The notes beneath the pieces were generated by a model that made no database searches, was not told the origin of the DNA, and saw nothing but the letters and a program-made list of their open reading frames with translations. Below are positions 1 to 12,452 of a stretch of DNA of 64,000 nucleotides, in pieces. Position 1 is the stretch's first letter; each line of letters opens with the position of its first letter. Source of the stretch: Octopus vulgaris (taxonomy: Eukaryota). The position numbers were made by a program, and so were the translations under genes. The DNA lies in assembly GCA_951406725.2 (NCBI GenBank), contig OX597838.1:15934001-15998000 (forward strand), given 5' to 3'.

Positions 1-560
1 CAAAGGGTTCGCCCCATTTAGCTGTCACTTTTGCTCTTATTTCTATCTGTGAGTATGTTTATGCGTGTACATATTAGTGCGGATGTCCTCGCTGGAGATT
101 GCGGGGGTATCAATCTGTGTGTGCGTGTGTGCGCGCGTGTGTGCGTGTGTGTGTGCGTGTGTGTGTGTGTGTGTGCGTGTGTGTGTGTGCGCGCGCATTT
201 ATGCATGTCAGCACACACATATATATGTATATATATATAAGTATACTCACAAAAGCACACAGGTATACACACACACATACATATGTATGCGTGCGAGTAT
301 GTGTGTATGTATGCATGCATTGTACGTGTTTATGCGTATCTGCATGCATGCAGACACACTCACACAGACACTCACACACACCTGCACGTACAAACACATG
401 TTATATAGGTTTCAGCTACTTGCCATGCTGGAGCATTTCCTTCAACGGTTGCTGACGATTATAATCGGCTCCGATATTTCTTTCAGGCTGATCATCATGT
501 CATTGCTAATTAATTATTGAATGGCAGGTCATAAACACGGGTACACATGCACACACACAT

Positions 561-636
<76 letters not shown>

Positions 637-778
637 GCACACACGCACACACACACTGACACACACGCACACATGTATGCATATATGTGGTACAAATGTA
701 CAGAAAACAAAAGACAGACACAGGTGAGGGAACAAGAAGCAGGTGTATTATTTTAACGTTTGAGGATAATGGAAAAGT

Positions 779-814
779 CTTTGACGTTTCGAGCCTACGA
801 TCTTCGACAGAAAG
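779..814 (-). ncRNA. Degenerate minimal hammerhead-like motif (Penelope pLTR type)
   Basis: Minus strand: cttt-CTGTCGA-a-gatc-gtag-gctc-GAAA-C-GTC-aaag. Stem I cttt/aaag is intact, but the core has A6->U and stem II has one mismatch. Confidence 0.45.
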
Positions 815-958
815 GGATGAGAAAAATATATTTATATATATATTGCGAGGGTATATAGAAAAATATTTATATTGTTTTTTGCTTGTTTCAGCTCAGAGAT
901 GCGGCCATGCTGATGCACCGCCGTTTTGTGCTACACTGTTATTACGAAGAACCTCCCC

Positions 959-1010
<52 letters not shown>

Positions 1011-1188
1011 CATGTTTGTGTTGATGTGTTCATGTCCTGTTAATTAGCAGTTCGGCAAAAGAAACAGATGATACAAGTCCCAGACCTAAAAATATATATT
1101 GGGGGTCGATTTGTTCTACAAAATCCACCAAATCCCTAGCATGTCTGTTGGCCAATAGTGGAAAACACTAACACATATGCACACGCGC

Positions 1189-1239
<51 letters not shown>

Positions 1240-1508
1240 CACACATAACTGAGACGAATACGAGCTAGTTTTTCTTTTCTGCTATTCATCTGGTTGGCGG
1301 TTCTTTGACATTTCAAAAGATGGTTCGAGAACGAAAAAAAGTCTTTATACCATTATGTATTCCCCGAAGCATGGACTGCTGAAGATGAATACCCTGTTAA
1401 GCTCCTTTGTAGGGACATTTACTCAATATCTTATTTCGAGAAGTAATAGGACGGCCGCGATAGCCAGAGGGTAAACTCTATTGTGACTGCAATATTTTAT
1501 CTTACATT

Positions 1509-1722
1509 AAGGCGGCGAGCTGGCAGAATCGTTTGCACATCGGGGAAAATACTTAGCTGCGTTTTGCATGTATGTTCTGAGTTCAAATTCCGCCGAGGTC
1601 CACTTTACCTTTCATCCTTTTTGGTGTCGATTAAATAGTTAACAATTGAGTACTGGAATCGATGTAATTGACTCATTCCCTCCTCCAAAATTGCTGGCCT
1701 TGTGCCAAAATTTGAAACCAAT
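1509..1722 (+). mobile_element. tRNA-derived SINE, family B (older tail variant)
   Basis: AAGGCGGCGAGCTGGCAGAATCG head, B box GAGTTCAAATTCC, CCTTTCATCCTTT..GTCGAT body; homologous to 8283-8514 but with a different tail. Confidence 0.85.
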
Positions 1723-1941
1723 ACTTCATTTTTCTGTTCCTTTCTGTTTTTGTTCCGTTACTTTGTTTGACAAAGATCTATTTAAATCGATATATATATA
1801 AAACAGAATGGGAAGATATAAAATATTCCTTTTATTAACTTGGTATAGTTACGATGATCAAATTTCTGTTTAACGTACAACACTTACAAACACACGCGCA
1901 TGCGCATACACACAGCTAGCTTGCTAGATAGAAGAATGAAT

Positions 1942-1982
<41 letters not shown>

Positions 1983-2113
1983 GCATATATGTAATGTATA
2001 TGTATGCGTATACATAAACACACTATATGCATATACATATATATGCGCATATATATATATGTATATGTAATGTATATGTATGCGTATTTGTATGCATACA
2101 TAAACACACTACT

Positions 2114-2151
<38 letters not shown>

Positions 2152-2457
2152 CGCGTGTGTGTGTGTGTGTACGTATGTATGTATGTATGACTGTATAACT
2201 AGACATCTTGGCAACGGACTAAGTGATGAGGAAATAACTAAATGTTACAGATCAGAGTTCGAATCCTATCAGATATCATAAGGCGATAATTTCAACAATA
2301 CACACACACACGCACATCTATACATATATGCACACACATATATATGTGTATGTAGTATATACATTTGTATATGTAAAAGTATAGACTCACGTGCGTATCT
2401 GAGTGTTTGTGAACGTGTGTGCATATTATATCTATAAAAAGTATGTATGTATATGGA

Positions 2458-2515
<58 letters not shown>

Positions 2516-2607
2516 TATGCATATATATATATGTATGTATATATATATATATACATATATACTTACAGATATACATACATATATGTATACATACATATAT
2601 ATATATA

Positions 2608-2720
<113 letters not shown>

Positions 2721-3398
2721 CATATATACATATATATAGCTTAGTTGAAGTTCAAGCTCAAGATAAGGTTGACACGGAGATAAGAGAAACTTCACCGACA
2801 CCTTCCACCCTGAAAACTATTTTAGATCGGTGGAGTGGGGTCGGGCGAAGGATGGGGGGGTGGGATGATGTTTGGGATGGGGGGGGGGGGGCAATATAAG
2901 CTAAATGGGTTGGAAGGGTGAACGAGTAAAAGAATGTGGGGCGAGGGATTGATGGTGCAGACTATGGCATGTCGTTCATCATAATCATCATCATATTTAT
3001 CATCTTCATCACCTTCCGTATCATTAACATCATCATCATCATCGTCGTCGTCGGTACCACCACCACCACCACCACCATGAAGCTCATTATCATCGCCGCC
3101 ACCTTCCCCCTCAAGCCAGCTCCTCTTTATCGTCCTCCGTCTGAATCATTACTCCAACTACTACCACTAACATCAGCATCATCATTACAATCACCACCAC
3201 CACCATCATCGTCATCGTCATCGTCGTCAACAACAACAACAACAACTGCAACACAACCACCATCGCACCACAACCACCGCCTCCACCCTACCACTATCTC
3301 GATCGCCACTAGTTCCAATCCAGCACGTCTACCACCTCTGGGACCACCACCACCAACAACAACAACATCAACACCACGTCTGCTATCCTTCTCCCACC

Positions 3399-3453
<55 letters not shown>

Positions 3454-3485
3454 GTCTGTCTGTCTGTATCTATATCCATCCATTT

Positions 3486-3520
<35 letters not shown>

Positions 3521-3639
3521 ATCTATATATCTATCTATCTGTCTATCTGTCTATCTATCTATCTCTGTCTGTCTGTCTTCTGTCTGTCTGTGTCTGCCTG
3601 TCTAACCATTCATCTATCCATCTGCTCATTTATGCATTC

Positions 3640-3679
<40 letters not shown>

Positions 3680-4448
3680 CAATATCTCTCCTCTCTCTCT
3701 CTCTCCTTCCCTCTTTCACCCACTCTCTCTCTCTCTTTCTCTCTCTTTCTCTCCGCACCGTTGATATAGTCCAAAAAAGTCTTAGACATCGGTCAATAAC
3801 AGAACGCAAAGAATCTAAACAAATGCTGCAAGGTATTTTATCCAAATTTTGTAAATTTTAAAAGCTAGTGTCTCTCATATATTTAGCCACAATGATATAT
3901 TAAAAATTAATCATAGGGTCCCCCGCTCGAGTTTGTCCGAGGGGTCCTCTCTTGGCGCAGGCATTCTCTTGGCACGGGGCACTATTTGCACAAATCTGTG
4001 TTGCTTAAAACGAACCCAGTGTAATAGTTATGCATAAAGAGATAGGATCGAAACAACTGGCTAATCAAATCTGACCAGGGGTTAAACAACTACTACTATA
4101 ACAATAGCAACAAAATTACAACATACAAATGTAGTCCATGACACGCTATTGCATTTTGCATAGAATGCAGGATGATCAAGGCTTGGACAGCTTTTAGGAT
4201 AGGTCCCAGAGGAACCTATGACCGAGAGCTGAATAGCAACAGCAATGACAAGTTCTACACGACTAACACTGTTCTATTCATACACACACACACACACACA
4301 CTATCATCATCATCACCACCACCACCATTACCCACAGCAACAATAAGAATAATAACAATAACAACAATAATAATAACAATAATGATAAAAACAATAATAA
4401 TAACAATAATGACAACAACAATGATAACAAAAATTATAATAACAACGA

Positions 4449-4636
<188 letters not shown>

Positions 4637-4639
4637 GGA

Positions 4640-4780
4640 AGAGCAGGGGGAATGACCTGAAGATAGAGATAGAAGCATTTATGCGCGCAGCACAAGAACA
4701 AGCGTTAAGGACAAACTGTGTGTAGAGCAGAATCGACAGCACTACCGAGAGCGACAAATGCAAAATGTGTGACGAGAGGG
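4640..4780 (+). pseudogene. R4/Dong-clade LINE ORF fragment (region before the zinc knuckle)
   Basis: Translates as DLKIEIEAFMRAAQEQALRTNCV*SRIDSTTESDKCKMCDER, matching the AAQEQALRT..CxxC signature of R4-clade elements; in-frame stop; abuts (AAT)n. Confidence 0.75.
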
Positions 4781-4984
4781 ATGCAGGATGGATAAAGCTT
4801 GAACACCTTTCAGGATAAGTATATATTTATGTCTATCTATCTATGAAGCCCGTCGTATATATGTATAAACACACACACACACACATACATACATACATAC
4901 ATACATACATACATACATACATACATACATACAAACATACATACACATATGTAAATACATACATACACACACACACCAGTCCAA

Positions 4985-5260
4985 CTGCGTGACACCTTGG
5001 GCAAGTGAAACTGAAAGAAGCCCGTCATGTATATGTGTGTGTGTATTTTTCTGTCTGTGTCTGCCCCCACCCATCGCTTGACAACCAATGCTGGTGTGTT
5101 TACGTCCCCGTAACTTAGCGGTTCGGCAAAAGAGACCGATAGAATCAGTACTAGGCTGACAAAGAATAAGTCCGGGGGGGGGGGCATTTCCTTGACTAAA
5201 ACCCTTTAAGGCGGTGCTCCATCATGGCCGCAGTCAAATAAATGAAACACGTAAAAGAAT
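4985..5260 (+). mobile_element. SINE family A, truncated/rearranged copy
   Basis: CACCTTGGGCAAGTG...GAAGCCCGTC...CGCTTGACAACC...GGCGGTGCTCCATCATGGCCGCAGTCAAAT. Confidence 0.85.
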
Positions 5261-5269
5261 GATAGTAAG

Positions 5270-5490
5270 CAAATAAGTCAACGTGCCTGTCGTACAACCT
5301 GCTAGAAATAGCAACGAAAATCTCTCATAAAATACACTCTGTGATCTTAAAAAAAGAAAGAGAAAAGACGGACAAATTGGATAAGGTAGTCTTGGGTACA
5401 TGGGTACACTATGTCTAAAAATAAGATGTAATGGAATGCGTTTGATCGTAGGTCTGTTAGGGGCTGGCTTAGGGTTAAACAACAACAACA
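5270..5490 (+). repeat. Old interspersed repeat (SINE/LINE-tail-like) ending in (CAA)n; diverged minus-strand relatives near 28990-29420
   Basis: CCTGCTAGAAATAGCA...GGAATGCGTTTGATCGTAGGTCTG...TAAACAACAACAAC; reverse-complement-like words CTGTTATTTCTAGC (about 29074) and CTGCTCTTTCCAGCAG (about 29406). Confidence 0.5.
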
Positions 5491-5714
5491 GAAACAAGGC
5501 CGGTGCCAAGAACAACAACGCTACTAATAACAACAACAGCGGTAAGGGGAGTAACACCTTCAAGTACATATTCCGTACTCAGTAACCCTGTTACTCTGAC
5601 ATACCCATCTAACACCCAGCTGATATACCTCTCCATTCCTTCATCCATCCTTCCCTCTATCTACCCATTCGTGCACCCTCACAGTTTCTTTTCTCTCTTT
5701 CTGTCGCTGACTTC

Positions 5715-5741
5715 ATCTCTCTCTCTCTCTCTCAATCTCTT

Positions 5742-5782
<41 letters not shown>

Positions 5783-5843
5783 CTATCTATATCTCTCTAT
5801 CTATCTACTTATCTATCTGCTTACCTACCTATCTATCTGTGTT

Positions 5844-5927
<84 letters not shown>

Positions 5928-6106
5928 CCTATCTATCTACTTATCTATCTATCTGTCTGTCTGTGTGTCTGTCTATCTATCAATCAGTCTATCTATCTAT
6001 CTATCTATCTATCTACCTATCTATCTATCTACCTATCTATCTACTACCTATCTATCTACTTATCTATCTATCTGTCTGTCTGTGTGTCTGTCTATCTATC
6101 AATCAG

Positions 6107-6187
<81 letters not shown>

Positions 6188-6205
6188 CTAACTATCTGTC
6201 CATCT
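5715..6205. repeat. (CT)n/(TCTA)n compound microsatellite
   Basis: Direct inspection. Confidence 0.95.
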
Positions 6206-6232
6206 AGCAAGCTAGCCGTCCGTTTTTCTGCA

Positions 6233-6380
6233 CCAGTGTTTTTCAACCATATTTTGCCTGTGGCTCCCTTTGATTTCTATTTTACTCTACTGGACCACCA
6301 TTGCCATTTCATGTTTAAAATATCCTATTATATTTTTGTAATTAGATATTATTAGGAATTGTAAAAAAAAAAATGTTAAA
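6233..6380 (+). mobile_element. hAT-like non-autonomous element, left end
   Basis: CAGTGTTTTTCAACCAT terminus resembles hAT/Charlie ends; homologous to the start of 27572-27870. Confidence 0.5.
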
Positions 6381-6644
6381 ATATTTTAAAACTAATTGAT
6401 AGCGACAGAAGCGGTATTTCAACCGAAAGGTAATATTTATCCCCACTTAAGAGTGAGTGTTTAGTTAGAACACTGAATACTGTAATAGTCATCACGAAAG
6501 AACCTTTCATATGGGCTTGTGATGCATATGAACTCTCGTGTTTATATCGCGAGCGGGAGATGATCAACCACCATCACCGCCGGGCCTACCATATCACATG
6601 CGCCTATGAGTGAAATGTCAATTATGTAACTTGGAATCCTGTTA

Positions 6645-6753
6645 TGTCACCTGATGAGGCATTTCTGCACTGTGGAGCTCACTGAAATTCATTATATCGT
6701 TCGCCACCAACTAGGGCGCAGAGTAGAATTATGCCGAAACGGTCGTTGTGATA
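6645..6753 (+). ncRNA. Type I hammerhead ribozyme motif with long stem II (Penelope pLTR-like)
   Basis: tgtcac-CTGATGA(6651-6657)-GGCATTTCTGCACTGTG...CGCAGAGTAGAATTATGCC-GAAA(6736-6739)-C-GGTC-GTT^gtgata. Stem I 6 bp, stem II about 17 bp, followed by AATAAA at 6754. Confidence 0.7.
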
Positions 6754-6806
6754 AATAAAGTTTCCAGCACATTCTGTCTTCCGTATCAACTATTTAGAAC
6801 ATACAT

Positions 6807-6970
6807 AGGCGTAGGAGTGGCTGTGTGGTAAGTGGCTTGCTTACCAGCCACACGGTTCCGGGTTCAGTCCCACTGCGTGGCACCTTGGGCAAGTGTCTTC
6901 TACTATAGCCTCGGGCCGACCAAAGCCTTGTGAGTGGATTTGGTAGACGGAAACTGAAAGAAGCCCGTCG

Positions 6971-7021
<51 letters not shown>

Positions 7022-7242
7022 ATGTGTGTATGTGTTTGTGTGTCTGTGTTTGTCCCCCAACATCGCTTGACAACCGATGCTGGTTTATTTACGTCCCTGT
7101 AACTTAGCGGTTCAGCAAAAGAGACCGATAGAATAAGTTCTAGGCTTACAAAGAATAAATCCTGGGGTCGATTTACTCGACTAAAGGCGGTGCTCCAGCA
7201 TGGCCGCAGTCAAATGACTGAAACAAGAAAAAGAGTAAGAGT
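6807..7242 (+). mobile_element. tRNA-derived SINE family A, full length, with internal (TA)n(TG)n
   Basis: A box TGGCTGTGTGG, B box GGTTCAGTCCC, CORE-like CACCTTGGGCAAGTG, tail GGTGCTCCAGCATGGCCGCAGTCAAATGACTGAAACAAG. Confidence 0.92.
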
Positions 7243-7324
7243 AATACATACATACATACATACATACATGCATACATACATACATACATACATACATACA
7301 TACATACATACATACATGTATTAG

Positions 7325-8740
7325 TACTGGCATTGTTTCGAGTGCCTGTACTCATACCAACATTTGGGCTGCTTAATTGGATGCTTGATGAGATCCGAGC
7401 TATTGATGTGAAAACCAGAAAAATACTAACAAGCATAATTTCCGCATAGACAGTGACGTAGACCGTCTCTACCTAAAACAAAAACAAGGTGATCTAGGCT
7501 TAACATCGACTCAAAATGCCTTTGAATATCGTATCATATCCCTTCGGTAGCATCTTTTAACCACCAAGTGTCAAAGTGAATCCCTTGAGCAAGTTTGTAA
7601 TACATGAGGCTGATAATATCATAAGATTTGGAAGGCAGCTCCTTGAGCAACATTCCTTGTCTGATAACCTAGAATGCATGCCCAAAGAAGTCGCACGACT
7701 CTACCGCAACATATCATCAGATGAAAGGATGAGCCTATTTGGACAGAAGACTAGCATGGATATGTCAGTAGAAAGTTCCGAGATGATAGTAATATTGATT
7801 ATCAAAGCGGTCTATCATGAACCAAAAGTCGGATTTCTACCCCCCACTTTGAATGGTATGCGTTTGCAATCCAGGAACAAGAAATATCAACCAAATACCT
7901 AATGCATAAAGGGATAGATATTAAAGAAAAGCAGTAAAATTTCACAACCGATGCACTTCGTGGAGTTAACACCGAAGATATCATCCACATCATAAGCAGT
8001 TGTCCAAGAATGTTAGCACAGTATCATCTACCGATGAAACATAATGTAGTTAGAACACTTTATAATGAAATCCGTCGGAAGGATAACCCCAAGACAAAGA
8101 AATAAGAACCCACTAGCCACTTATAATAAAAAGGAGTACTGGTGGAATGTCCCAGTGAAAAACCTCAATAAAATGTAAGCACAGCAGACCTAATATAATG
8201 ATTTGGGTTAGAGATCTATGATGAATTATTCTCAGTCTCTTGATTTTGAGTGATTACTTAGTCAACCAAATCTGAGAAAAAAAAGGCGGCGAGCTGGCAG
8301 AATAGTTAGCACGCCGGGCGAAATGCGTAGCCACATTTCGTCTGCCGTTACGTTCTGAGTTCAAATTCCGCCGAGGTCGACTTTGCCTTTCATCCTTTCG
8401 GGGTCGATTAGATAAGTATCAGTTAGGCACTGGGGTCGATGTAATCGACTTAATCCGTTTGTCTGTCCTTGTTTGTCCCCTCTGTGTTTAGCCCCTTGTG
8501 GCTAATAAAGAAACAGATTAGCTGCCCAGCAGATGTCAACATAAAGCTGAAGATAGTAAAAGAGAGAATACTAACGCTGAACTACTGAGAAACCTGCCGT
8601 TACTCTATCCAGATTATAAGTTCAGGTATATACCTGTAATTATTGGGGCCCTGAGATATGTAACGCACTGTTTAAATACAAATCTTAAGAAATTAGGCTT
8701 ATCAAAACCAGAGAGGTGAAAGCTAATTCAAAGACTACCT
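7325..8740 (+). pseudogene. Decayed R4/Dong-clade non-LTR retrotransposon ORF (RT C-terminus, CCHC knuckle, restriction-like endonuclease), interrupted by a SINE B
   Basis: Frameshifted pieces: PVLIPTFGLLNWMLDEIRAIDVKTRKIL; DSDVDRLYLKQKQGDLGL; FEWYAFAIQEQEISTKYL; TEDIIHIISSCPRM..MKHNVV; EYWWNVPVK..KHSRPNIMIW; ISCPADVNIK; YPDYKFRYIPVIIGAL. Confidence 0.85.
8283..8514 (+). mobile_element. SINE family B, full length
   Basis: tRNA-like head with B box GAGTTCAAATTCC; body GCCTTTCATCCTTTCGGGGTCGAT..AAGTA; tail TTTAGCCCCTTGTGG..AAAGAAA. Confidence 0.92.
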
Positions 8741-9110
8741 TTGTCTTAATTCAAATTCTACTTCTCATACACCCCACCAGCACCACCCTCACATCCCATT
8801 CACCGAAAATTTCAAAGATCTTTTTTTTCTTTCTCACCCCGACATCATCACCTCATATCTATCCACTTTAGGTTCCCCTACAACACTTATTTAATCTATC
8901 CCACCATGCACCTGGTCATCACTCTAGTCTCTTAACCATTCCCCCCCCCTTCCACTCTTCCACCCGTTTCTACACCCGACTGTGTCTTCTCAGTGATTAA
9001 GTTACAATTAAGTACCTTGTTGATGCTGTTGCTAAAGTTGTACTTGTTTTTACTTTAGTTATCGCTCTTATTGTTTAATTGTTGTTGTTGTGGTCGTTAC
9101 TATTGAAGTT

Positions 9111-9497
9111 GTGGAGGCGTAATGGCCCAGTGGTTAGGGCAGCGGACTCGCGGTCATAGGATCGCGGTTTCGATTCCCAGACCGGGCGTTGTGAGTGTTT
9201 ATTGAGCGAAAAGACCTAAAGCTCCACGAGGCTCCGGCAGGGGATGGTGGTGATCCCTGCTGTACTCTTTCACCACAACTTTCTCTCACTCTTACTTCCT
9301 GTTTCTGTTGTACCTGTATTTCAAAGGGCCGGCCTTGTCACTCTCTGTGTCACGCTGAATATCCCCGAGAACTACGTTAAGGGTACACGTGTCTGTGGAG
9401 TGCTCAGCCACTTACACGTTAATTTCACGAGCAGGCTGTTCCGTTGATTCGGATCAACCGGAACTCTCATCGTCGTAACCGACGGAGTGCTTCCACC
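9111..9497 (+). mobile_element. tRNA-derived SINE family C, full length
   Basis: A box TGGCCCAGTGG, B box GGTTTCGATTCCC; 12-bp TSD ACTATTGAAGTT at 9099-9110 and 9498-9509. Confidence 0.93.
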
Positions 9498-9692
9498 ACT
9501 ATTGAAGTTACTGCTGTTACCGTTGTTGTTGTTGTTATTGCTGTTACTGTTGTTTTTGCTTTTGTTTTTGATGTTCGTGTTGCTGTTGCCGTTGTTCTTG
9601 GTGTTGTCAATGTACGTCTCTACAGTCTGCATATACGATGGGCTTGACACTTCTATGCACGTGTGCATGTATGAATGCGTATATGTCGGCAT

Positions 9693-10109
9693 ATACTCTT
9701 TTACTCTTTTACTTGTTTCAGTCATTTGACTGCGGCCATGCTGGAGCACCGCCTTAAGTCGAGCAAATCGACCCCGGGACTTATTCTTTGTAAGCCCAGT
9801 ACTTATTCTATCAGTCTCTCTCTGCCGAACGCTAAGTTACGGGGACGTAAACACACCAGCATCGGTTGTCAAGCAATGCTAAGGGGACAAACGCACACAC
9901 ACAAACACATACACACACACACATATATATATATATACATATATACGACAGGCTTCTTTAAGTTTCCGTCTACCAAATCCACTCACAAGGCATTGGTCGG
10001 CTCGGGGCTATAGCAGAAGACACTTGCCCAAGATGCCACGCAGTGGGACTGAACCCAGAACCATGTGGCTGGTTAGCAAGCTACTTACCACACAGCCACT
10101 CCTGCGCCT
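9693..10109 (-). mobile_element. SINE family A
   Basis: Reverse complement of the 6807-7242 element. Confidence 0.92.
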
Positions 10110-10316
10110 ATGTATATTTTTTCTTTCTTTTTATTTTATTTGTTTCAATCATTAGACTGCAGCCATGTTGGGGCGCCTCTTTGAGGAATCCTTTGTCGAA
10201 TAAATCGACTCAAGTACTTGCCTTTTTGCTTAAAGCTTCGTACTTATTCTGCCGTTCGTTTTTCGTCGAGCGATTACGTAAACATACCAATACAGGCTGT
10301 CAAGCTGTGGTGGGTA

Positions 10317-10361
<45 letters not shown>

Positions 10362-10908
10362 ATTAAATTTATCCGGATGAATACGTCTTCGTCCTTTAAT
10401 AGGGATTTTTTGCCATAGATTTTTAATGCCTTTTCATCATACGTTATTTACGAGTTTTTAAATCGTATAGGTATGAATGTATGTACACAAATACTCAATA
10501 TCAGTCTTAATTTATTAAACAAAGTTCAATAAATTCCATCAAATAAATGAAATGAAGCAGATTGGATGTTCAAATGGATTAGCCTTTTCTTTCATAATCT
10601 AAAAACAGCTGGATAAATTTAAAAGAAAGAAACTTACGAAATACATGCAAACTCGTATAAAGATGTATTTAAAGGGAACCACTTACGTGATTGTGTTAAG
10701 ATGTAATATAATTTGTCGTAAATTGTAAATGATGAATTTACAACTTTTCTGCTTGAAACGAAAGAATACCATAAAATAATTTCCTTTGGCATACATGCAT
10801 ACACACATACAGACACTCTCCCCACCTCTTTCTCTCTCTCTTTCTCAAACATGAAAGTGCTGGGTAGACGAGGTGGATGAAGAGGCATTGAGTGTTTCGT
10901 TAAGAAAA

Positions 10909-11312
10909 ATTAAACTTTAATAACAATAAATCTCTGAACGAGGTATAAACAGTAACTGCACGACAATGTGAGGTATACTTGCCATCTAAATGTGGCTTAC
11001 CAGTAAGGGTGGGTGTTACTGTAGCTTGTAGCCCCAGGAGATATAAGTATTTGCATTGGGACCCCTTTCATCGAAAACCGGTGATTGTCGTACGCTGATG
11101 ACAGGTCAATACCTAGAAACTGCAGTCCGTGCGTATCACTTAGGTTGACGAGGGAAGGGTGACCTCCCTTTGCAAATACCATAAGGGCGCAGAAAGTGTG
11201 CCTAAAGCCAGCTGGAGACGATGTTCTCCTGGGGCTATAAGCTACAGTAACACCCACCCTTAGTGGTTAGCCATATTGAGATGGCAAGTATACCTCACAT
11301 TAAACTTTAATA
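10909..11312 (+). mobile_element. Hammerhead-containing rod-shaped element (retrozyme-like), about 390 nt
   Basis: 77-bp inverted arms 10965-11041/11225-11301 (5 differences), further internal pairing, HHR at the apex, and 14-bp direct repeat ATTAAACTTTAATA at 10909-10922 and 11299-11312. Confidence 0.75.
11081..11139 (+). ncRNA. Type I hammerhead ribozyme
   Basis: gtgat-tgt-cgtacg-CTGATGA(11095-11101)-c-aggt-caat-acct-a-GAAA-C-TGCA-GTC^(11127)-cgtgcg-t-atcac. Full conserved core, GUC triplet, palindromic helix III ACTGCAGT, bulged stem I. Confidence 0.85.
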
Positions 11313-11727
11313 TATATATATATATATTTCCCAGATTCTTAATCTCTGCATTTTTTTACGAGGATAAAAAAAAAATCGAAAGAAATTACAAATTAAGAAA
11401 TTTCGGTGGGGACGGGGAGAAATTGAAATTTTGAAAACGTGATTTCTGGGCAAAATCGTATTGACCCCCTTTTATACGATGAAGCAAAACATTGTTTGTG
11501 ATCCTTCTTAAGAACAGAGAGCACTTTCATGCAAACCCATGGAAATTGCACCCTCCCCTCCTTCACTTTTAAACAAACAATAACTACCATTACGCCAGTA
11601 ATCCAGTACACTATATATCACCTGTGCCGATTCTGCCCATAAGAAAGGAACAAAAAAATACAATGTGGTTGTAGGTCATAACACTCAGGCAACGCCGGGA
11701 TGCATTGCCAGTGTGTGTGTGTGTATG

Positions 11728-11803
<76 letters not shown>

Positions 11804-11894
11804 CACACACACATATATATATGAATATATATATATATGTGTATGTATATATGTATATATATATGCATGTGTATATATCTATATCTATATCTAG

Positions 11895-11952
<58 letters not shown>

Positions 11953-12209
11953 GTATATGTATATATGTATATGTATATATGTATATGTATATATGTATAT
12001 GTATATATGTATATATATGTATATATATATATTTGTGTGTATGTCCGTGTGTGTGTGAGTGTCTGTGCGCGTGTCCGATTGTATTAGTGTGTATGTGCAT
12101 CCTTGTGTGTATATGCGAGTATGTATGCATGTATATATGATAGTTGCATTAGTGAATGTAAGCGTGTGTAGTGTTTGTCTTTGTAATTGCATGTGTGTGT
12201 GTGTGTGTG

Positions 12210-12273
<64 letters not shown>

Positions 12274-12359
12274 TTATAGAACATCCTCCCCAACCCTTTC
12301 AAATACGAAATGTTAGCATCATAGGGTTTCTCATCCCCCTTCCTCTGAATAAAACGCTA

Positions 12360-12452
12360 TGACCTTTGACCCACTTTAAAGCCCTTCATTTGAAGATGCC
12401 GACTAGATAGAGTACCCTTACTAAACATCTTATTTACTGGGTCACCGGGTCA
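12360..12452. promoter_or_regulatory. Candidate nuclear-receptor response elements (DR1 and DR2)
   Basis: TGACCT-T-TGACCC at 12360-12372 (DR1) and GGGTCA-CC-GGGTCA at 12439-12452 (DR2), inside a non-repetitive island. Confidence 0.3.

Noticed and set aside
1378-1450. CTGAAGA...GAGAAGTA hammerhead-like string (similar weak cases near 13240, 31230, 34830 and 48203)
   Set aside because: Core or stems too degenerate to support.
6794-7063. Recurrent peptide [29 protein letters not shown] in many ORFs
   Set aside because: Antisense translation of SINE family A, not a gene family.
9111-9185. tRNA gene-like heads at the SINE 5' ends
   Set aside because: A and B boxes are present, but each continues into a SINE body with a TSD and lacks a proper acceptor stem.
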